NCBI RefSeq assembly: GCF_037042905.1
Contig: NC_087252.1
Span: 25,546,001 to 25,610,000, forward strand
DNA length: 64,000 nucleotides
Direction: 5' to 3'
Source: Lytechinus pictus
Taxonomy: Eukaryota
This document shows, piece after piece, positions 26,501-39,964 of the stretch (position 1 is its first letter; every line of letters starts with the position of its first letter). Under the pieces are notes generated by a model. That model was not told where the DNA came from. It ran no database searches and saw only the letters and a list, made by a program, of their open reading frames with translations. Made by a program: the position numbers and the translations under genes.

Positions 26501-29300
26501 TGTACAACAAAGCACAGTGCCAGTCATGGAAAGTTCATTGACCTTTGACCTTAATCAAATTCAACTAATATTTGAACTTGACCTGCACCTTCAAAAGATG
26601 GACCTCTTGTATGAATTTGGCAATCCTAAGTCGAAGATATAGAAAGTTATTGTGTGTACAGCACAGCACAGTGCCAGTCATGGAAAGTTCATTGACCTTT
26701 GACCTTATTCAAATTCGGCTCACATTTGAACTTGGCCTGCACCTTCAAGAGATGGACCTCTTGAATGAATTTGGCGATCTCACCTCGAAGCTATAGAAAG
26801 TTATTGTGTGTACAACACAGCACAGTGCCAGTCATGGAAAGTTCATTGACCTTTGACCTTATTCAAATTCGACTCATATTCGAACTTGACCTGTGCCTTC
26901 AGGAGATGGACCTCTGGTATGAATTTGGTGATCCCACCTCGATAGAAAGTTATTATGTGTACAACACAGCACAGTGCCAGTCATGGAAAAATCATTGACC
27001 TTTGACCTTATTCAAATTCGACTCATATTCGAACTTGACCTGTGCCTTCAGGAGATGGACCTCTGGTATGAATTTGGTGATCCCACCTCGAAGATATAGA
27101 AAGTTATTATGTGTACAACACAGCACAGCAGTCATGGAAAGTTCATTGACCTTTGACCTTAATCAAATTCAACTCACATTCCCGACGCTCAAAGCAATAA
27201 TTATACACTGTCCCACGTGCGCTTATCTGTGTTGGGGAAGTTCAGTCTGAACATTTTTCAGCGTAGATTTCAAGATTTCACAAAGTTCAGTTTATGTAAC
27301 TGTACCAGATCTAGATCCTCGATGATATACTGACAATTAAGCCTGGTTTTACAGACTTTCTCATGAAATCAGTGTTTACTGCAACTACTGGAATTTCTCT
27401 TTAAAATAAATTAAAAAATGCTGTTAATTAGTATGTGAATCGCACAGCAGTTGTTTAGAGTTTAAATAAGTGTTTAAAATCGTCAACAACCATGCTTAAA
27501 TTATTGATAATTAAATATTTTAATTTACACTTTATTGTTTAGGATTTTAAACACTTGTTTAAAATATTTAAAACAAGGCAAACGCAAAGCGTTGTCTCGC
27601 CTGCATATTGCAGTCATGAAGAGACTGCATGTCAAAACTACATGTATGCTATATGACTTAGATGGACCTCTGTTACGAGTTTGGCGATCCCACCTCGAAG
27701 CTATAGAAAGTTATTGTGTGTACAACACAGCAGTGCCAGTCATGAAAAGTTAATTGACCTTTGACCTTAATCAAATTCAACTCACATTCGAACTTGACCT
27801 GCACCTTCAAGAGATGGACCTCTTGTTTGAATTTGGCAATCCTACCTCGAAAGTTATAAAAAGTTATTATGTGTACAACAAAGCACAGTGCCAGTCATGG
27901 AAAGTTCATTGACCTTTGACCTTAATCAAATTCAACTCATATTTGAACTTGACCTGCACCTTCAAAAGATGGACCTCTTGTATGAATTTGGCAATCCTAA
28001 GTCGAAGATATAGAAAGTTATTGTGTGTACAGCACAGCACAGTGCCAGTCATGGAAAGTTCATTGACCTTTGACCTTATTCAAATTCGACTCATATTCGA
28101 ACTTGACCTGTACCTTCAAGAGATGGACGTCTGTTATGAATTTGGCGATCTCACCTCGAAGCTATAGAAAGTTATTGTGTGTACAACACAGCACAGTGCC
28201 AGTCATGGAAAGTTCATTGACCTTTGACCTTATTCAAATTCGACTCATATTCGAACTTGACCTGTGCCTTCAGGAGATGAACCTCTGGTATGAATTTGGT
28301 GATCCCACCTCGAAGATATAGAAAGTTATTATGTGTACAACACAGCACAGTGCCAGTCATGGAAAAATCATTGACCTTTGACCTTATTCAAATTCGACTC
28401 ATATTCGAACTTGACCTGTGCCTTCAGGAGATGGACCTCTGGTATGAATTTGGTGATCCCACCTCGAAGATATAGAAAGTTATTATGTGTACAACACAGC
28501 ACAGTGCCAGTCATGGAAAGTTCATTGACCTTTGACCTTATTCAAATTCGACTCATATTCGAACTTGACCTGTGCCTTCAGGAGATGGACCTCTGGTATG
28601 AATTTGGTGATCCCACCTTGAAGATATAGAAAGTTATTATGTGTACAACACAGCACAGTGCCAGTCATGGAAAGTTCATTGACCTTTGACCTTATTCCAA
28701 TTTGACTCATCTTCGAACTTGACCTGTGCCTTCAGGAGATGGACCTCTGTTATGAATTTGGTGATCCCACCTCGAAGCTATAGAAAGTTATTGGGTGTAC
28801 AACGTTATTATGTGTACACAGCACAGTGCCAGTCATGGAAAGTTCATTGACCTTTGACCTTATTCCAATTTGACTCATATTCGAACTTAACCTGCGCCTT
28901 CAGGAGATGGACCTCTGGTATGAATTTGGTGATCCCACCTCGAAGATATAGAAAGTTATTATGTGTACAACACAGCACAGTGCCAGTCATGGAAAGTTCA
29001 TTGACCTTTGACCTTCTTCCAATTTGACTCGTATTCGAACTTGACCTGTGCCTTCAGGAGATGGACCTCTGTTATGAATTTGGTGATCCCACCTCGAAGC
29101 TATAGAAAGTTATTGGGTGTACAAAGTTATTATGTGTACAACACAGCACAGTGCCAGTCATGGAAAGTTCATTGACCTTTGACCTTATTCCTATTTGACT
29201 CATATTCGAACTTGACCTGTGCCTTCAGGAGATGGACCTCTAGTATGAAGTTGGTGATCCCACCTCAAAGCTATAGAAAGTTATTGGGTGTACAACACAA
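20317..29300. repeat. Higher-order tandem array: six ~1371-1374-bp units containing 154-bp subrepeats
   Basis: Unit starts (cccgacgctcaaagc) at 20317, 21688, 23062, 24436, 25810 and 27181; units are near-identical. The ORF track recurs at 1374-bp and 154-bp offsets. Confidence 0.97.
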
Positions 29301-29372
29301 TTGTTGACGACAACGACGACGCCGGAAATAGTGATACCTATGTCTCGCTCCGCTACGCAGGCGAGACAAAAA
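27570..29372 (-). mobile_element. Complete Helentron-type non-autonomous element (HINE/DINE-1-like) with central 154-bp tandem repeats
   Basis: On the minus strand: T-run, sub-TIR tgtctcgcctgc forming a hairpin with gcgagaca, short (CGT)n microsatellite, about 10 x 154-bp repeats, sub-TIR gcaggcgagaca, short hairpin acgctttgcgt, then cttgtttt. Partial copies occur in each upstream unit. Confidence 0.75.
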
Positions 29373-29660
29373 CTACTGTGCGATTCACGTAGTAAACAGT
29401 GTTGTTTAAATTATTTTTTACAGTGCAGGGCAATGTATACAACAAAACATCCACGATACTCTATTGTATGGATTCTTAATCTTCCTTTTCAACACTTTAT
29501 CCACTATACTTAGTTCTGAGTACAGCAATTGATCGTTCAACTGATATTTACGATTGATCATACACAATACTCGATGCACTCCATTATTATAGAACGCAAC
29601 CCTAAGATCAATCAATAAGCTTTATGTCACAGGGCCAAAAATTAAGGGAAAAAGTGAGAT

Positions 29661-29851
29661 GCACTCTAAAAACACTGATTATTTTACCAAAAAGTGGGTA
29701 AAAAGGGATTATGCATGTTTGCTGGGTATCTTGTTTACCCCATATTGGGCTATTTTAACACACCATTGTGTAAATAAACTTACATATCTTTTTACCCAAC
29801 CAACATGCATATTCCTACTTTACCCAATATTGGGTAAACCTTTTTTAAAGT
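29661..29851. mobile_element. Small MITE (CACT...AGTG termini)
   Basis: tgcactctaaaaa ... tttttaaagtgca with internal inverted motifs (tgggtaaa / tttaccca). Confidence 0.5.
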
Positions 29852-32299
29852 GCATAGAAATACAGATATGAGAGTTTAAAGAGCTGAAGGAGTGAGAGGA
29901 AATTGCATGGTGGCAGTTGACAAAGTCTGGGGAGTTTTTAGTGACAGTAGAAAAGTATATGACAGTGATAAAGAAAAAAAGTTATGTGATACTAGAAGCA
30001 GAGAAGAAAGTCATGTAGTTATTGGAAATAGCGAGCTTTTAGGGTACATGAAAGAGAGAGAGAAGGTAGAGGAAGGGATCATCTATGAATGAGACGATGC
30101 TATAATGGCTTTCTCAGAATGTACACAATCAAAATTTATCTCGAAGTGTTTGCTTATTGGAATATTTTTTTTACTTAATCATACCCCATATTAAGGGGCG
30201 TTAGTACCAATAATCTTGTTAATGGTTAACCTTATTTAACATACATTATGAGGTCTACCTGCTAGGGTCATGGGCACCATTTCATGAAGCTTGTCAGTAA
30301 TTGCAATATTTTTTTGATACTTGATCACCTGATCATACCTTGCATTTAGTGGCGTTAGTATCATAAATATTGTTAATGATTAACCTTACTTAACATACTT
30401 CATGAGGTCTACCTGCCGCCATTTCATGAAGCCTGTCAGCAATAACATAACTTGACAGTGAATGACAACTTAACTTAGTTGTCACAGTTGTCACTGTCAA
30501 GATATCATAGAGTCAGAAACCAGACAGTGCTCTCTGATAACCAAAACCAAGGATATAAATGACACATCAACAGTAATAAATTAACAGAAGCAGCTTGTGC
30601 TAGCAACTCGCACGAACGCCCCCACTCAGATCTACTGTTTAAAAATACCCTGATTTTACAGAAAAAAAAGAAAATTTTGCAGAAAGCAATTACAGAATCA
30701 TTCTGTAAATTCATAAGACAGGAAATTTTCTGCAATTTAACAGAACAGGTCTGTTTAAACAGGAGAAAATTGTGTTTTGTTTAAGGAAATTTGTAAGGTT
30801 CCATACACCAAATACCAATTTCCTGTAAGATTACGCAATCTGGTAAGATTACAGGTGTTCTCGAGACTCTGCTGCAGGAACTTCTTTCATTTTAAGGATA
30901 AATTTTCTAACAGTGTAGACTTCTTTCATAACTTCTTGTGTACCTTATCTTCTGCCTGTTATTACAGCTAATATCATCTCCGCCATTCATTTCCTTCCCA
31001 AGACTTATTCACATCCTTGTCGATTAAAAAAATACAATTAAATTGTATACTGGTTCAACACTTCATACATGTGAATCTGAATCATTGGTGCCCACTGAAA
31101 AAGACAGCACATAAATGTACAAATGCATCAAATTAACAGTTGATGGTGGTATTTATTCATCAATGCCCACTGAATCTTGATGATTGAATACACTTCTTAG
31201 AAATAAAAGAAAAAAATGCTTCTTAAACATACGTATAAGAAGTAAAGTAAAATAATAGTGACAAAGAAGTCGAATGAAACAAAGGTTTGAAAATAATTTT
31301 TGTTGTACAAATCATTTTGACTAAAAATTTTCTTCCCAAATTAAAGTCATGATTAATCATCGAGGCTTAGTTCAATCAACTTAACAATTGATGTTGCAAT
31401 GATATTTTTGGCAACATTAAATGAGAAGGCTACACATGCACCAAAACTTAAAAATACTGTACACAAATATTGCAAATAAAATGTGGTAAATTTAATTAAA
31501 AAGGTGATCATCTTTAACTTTATTAATTTAAGACTCTCAGATATCATTGTCTGTAAAAAAAAATATATATAAAAATATATCATTTTCTGGCTATGTCAGT
31601 ACAGACCTTTTCTGTATAAAAAATATCATCAAATGAAATGAGAAATGCACTGCCAGGTAAGTGCCAAATCTATTTATATGTTCAGTCTGCCCAGCTAGTA
31701 TATCTCTATCAAATGTGTAAAAAAATTCCACGTCATTCCTTTGCCCGACATGCATGATAAAACAACAATTTGACAATAACTTGTCATCATTTCGCACACA
31801 TAATCCCATTTCACAACTTCACATTCAATCAACTATCAAGTAATAGTTGGAAGTTCTATCTGAATCCAGCCTCGACTACGTCTCTGCACATATCCCATTT
31901 ACTAATTGTAGATATGCAACAGGATTTAGCTGAAAATTAAAACCGACTAAGTAGAACGATTATCTTAATAGATATTAGATAGATACGACATATTATAACA
32001 AATGAGTTGTACTCATACTTCTGCCTAACGGAGGGGAATATTGATACAGCTTCAAACAATTAGACTCGGAAGATGAAACTTTAAGAAAACAATGACATTC
32101 TTAAATGAAACCACAAGTTGGCAAAAAAACATGGTATCATTCGCTACGCCGCAAACAGAGACTCGTATTTAATACTTTAACCAGTATCAGGTCTAGAGTT
32201 AACTCTAGCTGTCAAAGAAAGCCAGCCACGGTACATGGTGAATCTAGTCTCGCTACTTCAGACTTAATGCTGACTTATTTCAAGATCTCTGGCAAATTT

Positions 32300-32740
32300 G
32301 AATGAAATCTTCTCTGGTAAATTGCAAATTCGTCTATTGCCTACTTATTCACTCATCACATGGTCTACCTTCAATAAGTCTAATGCTATTCCATCCATCA
32401 ACAATTCGTCTAATAACCATTTGGTCAAATCATCACTTTGTGTAATCACCAGATCGTCAATGATCATTTCGTCTCTTAACCATTTGGTCTAATATCCATT
32501 TTATTTTCATTTATTTCGCCCATTTAACACTTAGTCCAATTAATTGGAATGGTATTTGGACTACATGGCCAATGAACCATTAGGTTATTATGTGAAATAG
32601 AGAGTGGACAAAATGGCAGTTAGACCATATGGATAGTGAACGAATCGATGATAGACCAAATGTTTGTAAATAAATATTTTCTAATCTAGTATACGGGTTA
32701 GTAGTTAGACGGATTGGCATTGAACCAATTAAAAATAAAT
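32300..32740. repeat. Degenerate foldback-type element (TTGGTCTA / TAGACCA units facing each other)
   Basis: Eroded units of the same motif as in the 46089-48733 arms, with an orientation switch near 32550. Confidence 0.5.
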
Positions 32741-32879
32741 CTATTCTCTGACTTCATGCCTAAGATATTGTAATATTTTTAAACACTTTTAATTATTAAA
32801 ACATCAAAAATTTTGTTTCTGGTGTCTTCATAGAATATTAACCTTGAATACGCCCTGAGTACGATATCTCAGATATATT

Positions 32880-33060
32880 TACATTTTTATTATTTTATTA
32901 CCCAACCATTAATCAATAAAACCGGTGCTCTCTCGATAAGATGAAATTAGCGAACGTCGTGTCTATTTACAAAAAGATATAAATTTGATTATTAAATACA
33001 TTTTTTTACTCCACATTCCTGGCACATACCAATTTAAAACAATCTTGTAGAATCTTGTAC
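32880..33060 (+). pseudogene. Eroded CR1/L2-type LINE RT fragment
   Basis: gataagatgaaattagcgaacgtcgtgtctatttacaaaaag = DKMKLANVVSIYKK, matching the P..(W/M)K.A.V.PI.KK motif N-terminal to LINE RT. Confidence 0.5.
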
Positions 33061-34268
33061 AAGTTTTCGTTTTCTGGCTGCGGGCGCGGTTCTACGGGGG
33101 GTGGGGTTTTAAGGAGGTCACGCCCCCTCACCTCCCCAAAACGAAAAAAAGTACTTGTATTATGTAGCCACAATTTGAGTAGATAATTATTTATTTAATA
33201 ATGCAACATTCAATTCATGTAGTTTATTCTCAGATTAAAGCTATTGCTAGTCAGATTTGAAAATTTTCTCGATCGGTCGCTCCACGCTACCTCGCAAAAA
33301 ATAATATTCAAATGCATAATACATAAATGCACTTAAAGTGCGAGTAGGCTGCCTCGCGCATTTTTTTTTTCATCGAATTAACCTCCCTACTATCATACCC
33401 ACCAAATTGAACAAATATTCAATTTTAACTATGCATTTTTTCTCAATATCACTCTAAATTTTTGTCATTCTTCATGATCTTTTGTTTAGAAAATGACTCG
33501 GTTGCTTACTGAGGATGCAGTTATTTAAAACATATAGTTTAGAGTTAGGGGTCGATCCATGTTTTGGATGGAGGTTGAAAACAACGTCAAAAAAATATCT
33601 GCGCGCTAAATTTCAATACATAATTTTTTTGCGTGAAGTATGCCGAAAAAAATTGAAAATCTTGTATGTTTGATTGTGTTTTTATGTCAAGTTTGAGGGT
33701 TTTATAATATTTTCCGATTATAATTATTTCAACCATATCTTTGGTATTTAGTTCTGTTAATTTTTCAAGTTTTCAAAATTACTAGGCAGGTCAAATCGAT
33801 ATGTTTGCCTCCTCCACCATAATTTCATTAAGGCGATCTTCCCGCCCCCACAATCGACGCCTCGTCGTTCTAGAGTAATTTAACTTTATTTTATACAATT
33901 TACTATTGTGTAGAGTTGTACAGGGCAGTGATCCTCTGGTCATGTTCTTTATCAACATATCTGCATATTGGGTGTCGATTCATAAACTTATGAATGTTGT
34001 ACATGTGTACATTAAATTGGAAGTTCAGAATAGTGCTTCAAATACTTAGTTTTACTTTTTTTTAATTCCTCCCGGTCAACACATTACCTCGTGATATTTT
34101 AAGGGCTGTCATTAATATCAAAACCCCATTCTCTGTCACTTTCTCTTATACCTTATATTAATATCAAAGGTCTTTAAAAATGAAAACATTTCTCTTGAAA
34201 ATAGAATTTTTTCGCTCGTTCACTTGGCTCACTCGTTAATGAAAAAATTAAATGCCTGGAGAGAGTAA

Positions 34269-35483
34269 CGGTGGCGAAGCTAGGATTTTTTCCTGGGGGG
34301 GGGGGGCAGTGGGGGTCCTTGTTTTTTCAGGGGGCAACTTTTTTTATGTGTGTGTGTGTGTATGTGTCACAAGAGCGTATCCGACTTTCGTCAATAGGGG
34401 GTGGGGCCCGAAATGATCTTCACCTATATTTTCCCCGATCAGTCACTTCTTAGCTTTATTCTTATAAAACAACATAAATATGAAATAATGTCATAAGCGC
34501 TATATAAAAAGTGCGAGCGCGAAGTGCGAGCGAATTTTTTTTGTTTTAAATTTCATGTATTTTGTCCTGAAAATTTAATTTTCTGGGCAATGTAATTTGT
34601 GATCTTGAACAAGATGCGTATGTAACTAGATATTACTGCGAACGCCAAGCGCGAGCATAAATTGTTGATAACTTTTCTAGCATGATCGAAAAGGGACCTG
34701 TTAAGGACTGTTTACAATTACCCACGAAGACGGTACATATTTCAATAATGGAAGCGCGAAGCGCGAGTTAATTTTTTTGACATTCCGACCTAAACAATTG
34801 TCATTCTAAACACTTTTTGTAATCATAAATGGAATAGGTATGTATCCAACTGGAAATTTTAAGCACTTTGTAATTATGAATACGCATTACAATAGTTAAT
34901 ACATTTATAACAATTAATGCGAGTGCAAATCGCGAGCTGAATTTTTTCAATAAAATGTGATGAAAAGGGGGGCTTGTTTGGTTAAAGAATTGATAAAGAG
35001 TACTCACCAATCAAAATGCGAGCGCACAACGCTAATTTATAGACCTACGCGTTTGGCAATCACATCTGAAAATGGGTATTTTGAGAACTTTATGGAATAC
35101 ATGAAGACAATAGGAACAATAGAAACAATGCGATCACGCGGCGTGAGCTTAATATGTTGATATGTAGAACATAAAACGGACATTTTACAGAGCGCTTAAA
35201 TTTGTAAATGAAAAAAAAATTATGAAAGCTCGATGCCCGAGCTGAAATATGTTTTGTATATTGACTTCAAAACTTGATATCTTAAGCTCCATATCAGCCT
35301 ATTGAGCAAGATGTGAATCTCAACGAACAGGCAATTCTGGCGCGAAGCGCAAGCGAAAAATTGATATAGTAACATGAAATATATTTTTTTGCAAGTATTC
35401 CCCTCACATTAATTCATTCACTCGTCATTCTCCTATTTTCCTCTTCTGTTTTCCTTCTGTCTTTCTCCTTCTTTACGCCACTG
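34269..35483. mobile_element. hAT-like non-autonomous element with GCGAGCGCGAAGCGCGAGC motifs
   Basis: Perfect 8-bp TSD GAGAGTAA (34261-34268, 35484-35491); TIRs cggtggcgaa / ttacgccactg. Confidence 0.85.
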
Positions 35484-35899
35484 GAGAGTAACAATACAAA
35501 TACCCTTCCTGATTACCAGTCTTGTCCCCCTTAGCGTGACGTGAAATCACATGTCCTCATCTCCTTGTATACATCCATCAGGGCGTGCATGGGTGTTTTT
35601 TGAAAATGGTCATTGAAAACAAGCATTTTGAAAAATTTGATTTTCTTCCCACTCGCTCGCAAGTAATTCATTACATATGACATCATTACCCTACAAGAAA
35701 GATATGATTTGTATATTATTAATATTTTGAGCTTTGAATTTTGTATTAATATGTCTAATTTACTGAAGGAAACCTTCATTAACAAGCTTTGCTTTTCAGG
35801 AGGTTTCCATTTCATTTCATAATGTTATATTTTATTACGCTTTACTTTGTAATTTTGTTGAAATGTTGAAGTGAAATAAATTCGTCAGCAATCAATAAC

Positions 35900-37110
35900 A
35901 AAAGAACCTGGGCTTTTTTACGATTGAGATCTTTTACAAATTTGTTTATTATGTCATTTGCATCAGTTGAAGTAAGGAATAGAAAATTCGGATTTATATT
36001 TCTTAAAAATGAATTAAAAGATTTATTGGTGTTGTGTTTGGCATTGATAAGATTTTGACCGTTATTTGAAAAATAATCTTTAAAACTTTTAGCTGTAGTA
36101 TCATCAAAGACTGTCTTGTTGATTCTAACATTGTTAATGTGATTTTGCTTAATCTTTTATTCAAACCATCGTTTATTATTTTCCATGTTTCTTTTATACA
36201 AGTCAAATTTGACTAAAAATGGAACAATCGTATTTCTTATTTTCCGATCGCAAACGAGTTGTCAAAACATTATATTAAATTTGGTGTATTTCTCTCGCAT
36301 AGTATCATTCGAATTCGCACGATATCTGCAGTGCAAGTTCTTCTTCCTACTAATGGATTTTAATTTTTTTTACTATTCATCGAGATTTCCTGGTTTTCTT
36401 GTATTATTCGGCTAACTGATTAATACAGGAATGCATTAATTGAAAGATTTAACAAAATTACTAATAAATTCATTTTATTGTATGACATGTTGGACAATGA
36501 TCTCAAATACCAGAGAGAATAAAGCCAGAATTTGTTAACATGTTTACGTTAGAAACGAAAAAAGGTGCATGCATGAGAAGTTAGTATAACAGGTCTATTA
36601 ATGAAAGGGATGGATGAAAACAACAGAAGAGTGTCAAAGAAATTTTGGCAAAAAGAGACCTTCTTTGCATTTTAAGAAATCGACACTGAAGTCCCTATCA
36701 AAATGCAATGTTTATTTGAATCATGGGGTTCGAAAGTAACTGTTGGATTTCAAATAAAAATGTGGAGTGGTCTGAAGAAGTCGGTCCATAAATTGTGACC
36801 ACAATTACATTTTTATTCAATAAAGTAATACGATTTCAATAAACTGTGTCCATTTAACACACACAACTCATATCATTTGTCGTAATATATACAGAAACAT
36901 TCAACGCAACATAGAGCGCTACCAACATCCTAGTCTTTTTATTTCATTATTGAAAATAAGGTTGTGATTAGACAGTTAATGTATATGGTGTTTGGTTTGT
37001 CTGTAAACCACATCTCAGGAAGACCAATTATAAAGGAATCTCTATCAATATTATCTGGTAACAAATTAAGATATTCACGATTTTTAATTGCACTGCGAAT
37101 ATTCATAAAA
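35900..37110 (-). pseudogene. Eroded CR1/L2-type LINE ORF2 (APE endonuclease start and linker)
   Basis: Minus-strand translation MNIRSAIKNREYLNLL...FIIGLPEMWF (~37110-37000) matches the APE N-terminus (NIRS...IIGLSETW); KETWKIIND (~36190) matches the EN-RT linker. Confidence 0.65.
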
Positions 37111-39964
37111 TGCCCCCCAAAAATTCAGGCGAATCTTCCCAGCTGACTGCACGTGTTTCACAAGCTGGTTCTGAGTGTAATACAGGGATTTGACGAGGGA
37201 GATATCAGTGTTATCCATGTGTATTCCAGCTTTTGTAAATTAATATTGATATTGTTCGAAACGAAATACTCATCCTGCTCATAAGATATTGGAATGCTAC
37301 TTTCGCCATACTAATAACATTTTTATTTACAAATCATTGACCCTGACTCGCTTTGCTGCTCTTGAAATGGGAAAGATGTTTGCGGTTTGCCTGACATAAC
37401 AAGATAAAAAAGACCTATACAATCTGGATTCCACATGGATTTGTTGTAAATTTATTTTCTTGGGTACTCCAAAACGATTAAACTATCCTAATTTTGAGTA
37501 ATGCTGAAATTAAACAGATAAATCATAGCTAACATTTTGTCCCTGCATGTGTAATTTTCAAGAAAATTGTTTCTAATCGTTCATTTACATGCCTATACAG
37601 AATAATAAATAAAAATGGTCCACATCTTCGGACAAAAGTACTAACAATTCTATGAATCATGTTATTACCGATATACCTATACCCTTCAGTTCTTTCTGGA
37701 TAGTATCTGTAATCCAAAGATGTTGTCTATAATAACCCTTACTTATATTTCATTCATTGTAATATACAATTCCTTATTCCTCTTTAACAGTGATGTCACG
37801 TTGCTGGTTTTTTTAATGATCTTAACCCTTTGATATTTTATAGTTTTAGACATACATTTATAACCGATTGTCCTTGTTTCACTCGATTTTCTTTAATGCC
37901 ATAATTAATTCGTTGCTATCATTTCAGTGTTTCTTATCAGTGAATGAATTATACAATGAGTAGTTTTATAAGTAGTAACTGTTCCTTTTTTTAATTTGAA
38001 TATTTCAGTTTGATATATATTATAATTTAAGTAAAAATATTTGTTTATTTCTGTTACCAAGCATGTTATCTTTGACTTAGATTTTGACCTTATTTTCATG
38101 TATGATATGATGATTTATGTTGTTCTTTATGTTTTCCTTAGGTCGTTAAAGAACAACAGTTTCATGCTGATGTTTTGTACCTGAATAAATATGTTATAAT
38201 AAATAAACTAAATAAATAAATGAAAAGACAACAACGATGTTTACGTGGGAATAATGTTATGATAATGTGCATGTACAAGGCGGTATATTTTATGGCGATC
38301 ATTTTAAAAGGTCTGTTTCTGACATGAAAACTTGCCCGAGGTTTGCCTTAGATGGCAAAACAAATTCTATGCAAACAGAGTGTTACCTTCAAGCTGATTA
38401 GTGTGTCGAAATACAGAGTAAACAAAAGTCCCATCAGTTTGAAGTACTCTGAACATTTAATAATTGATTTATTCATATATCCTGGTAGATTCATCCTCCA
38501 AGCACATATTGGTATCATTTTCATGTGGATCTTTGCATGCTTGACTGATTACGAGATAATCCCCAAAATGTTGTAAAATCTTAGTTGCGCCAAGTTGCTG
38601 GGTGAAGAATCAAACAAAGTGAGACCAAAGGTAATTGTATGCACGCATGCAGAAAGACACCTACCCATCATTCCACCCCCACACACATAACACATCACCT
38701 TTCTTTCATACACACATTCACCCATCACACACCCACTCCACCAACGCACACACTTTATTATAACTTCATTAAGCATTCGTTACATTCCCTCATTCCCCTT
38801 ATCTCATTGATTATGTATTTCGTTGATCAACAATGGCCAACGTACGTCCCATCGTTTAACTTAAAAATGGGTTGCCTGATTTGGAAGTAGTTGCTTATGT
38901 TGAGCCATTCACAAGTGTGGGTGGTGGTTGTGCGTGAGAGAGATAATGTTATGTGTGTGTGTGTGTCACGAATCATTAACACCGAAATAAAGGCCTTCTG
39001 TCAAATATAAATAGTTTTTACATAATTTGATTTAATCTATTCAAATATTTTGATACAAAATACACAGATATTTATTTCGATCAAATGAATACATGACAAC
39101 ATAGCCATACAAAAAACACAATTTTCATGGAATACAGAATCGCTTTATTTCAAGTTGAAAAAAAAGAGTGAACATTATTTGATACTCGACAAATTCTTTC
39201 ACAACAGGTTAAACAATCTCAATTTAGAAATGACAATGAGTCTTTATTCGTGTTATCATATATTGTCTTCACAAAGTCTCTTATATAGTAATGGGACTAA
39301 AAATTACCGGTGAACATTGCATACAACTTTGAATTACAAGAGGGTTAAAGTGGACACTCATTCCGTATTCTTGTAAGTTTGAAATTAATAAAAGCTTAAT
39401 TATCAACAGGAATATACCAACAAAAAAATCAGCGAAAGTGTCTTTAAAATCATGGCTTGTGATCATTTCATACAATTTTATGTCCAAAAGGTAATGTACA
39501 TTTAAACGCATTTTATACAACATAATACAATCAATCCGATCATGTTGGCAGATAGAAGTATATAAGGGTAGTGATTAGGTCAGGGAAAACACTGAGGCAG
39601 GTTTAGCAAAAATGACAAACAATGTAAAAAGCATAACTAAAGTAATTAAGCTCATAAAGTAATAAACCGAAATTACAAAACTTACTCATTGCAGATTAAT
39701 GAATACATTATGATTTCAATTTGTGTTGAAAAGTAAATTCAAATACATGTTTTAGATACACACGCACATAATATATTCCAACTCCACCCCTTCGCTTGCC
39801 ATATTTTTGTTTTGTTTATTTAGAATAAATCAGGCATATTAGACTAAGGACTGTGGAGAAAAATCCTTAAACATGATAATAGTCTATGAACTCCAGAATT
39901 TGATTTGGGTAAGATAGTTAACATCAGTAGGCCTAGGGGTTGGTCTTATTATATGGTTAATTGC

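Noticed and set aside
20317..29300. CRISPR-like repeat array or repeated small genes
   Set aside because: No unique spacers and no cas genes; eukaryotic context. The 60-99-aa ORFs simply recur with the tandem units and have no recognisable domain.
31000..31800. Additional LINE RT remnants (also ~8600-9250, 39000-39500, 40500-40950)
   Set aside because: Only faint resemblance by eye; no motif clear enough to call without a search.
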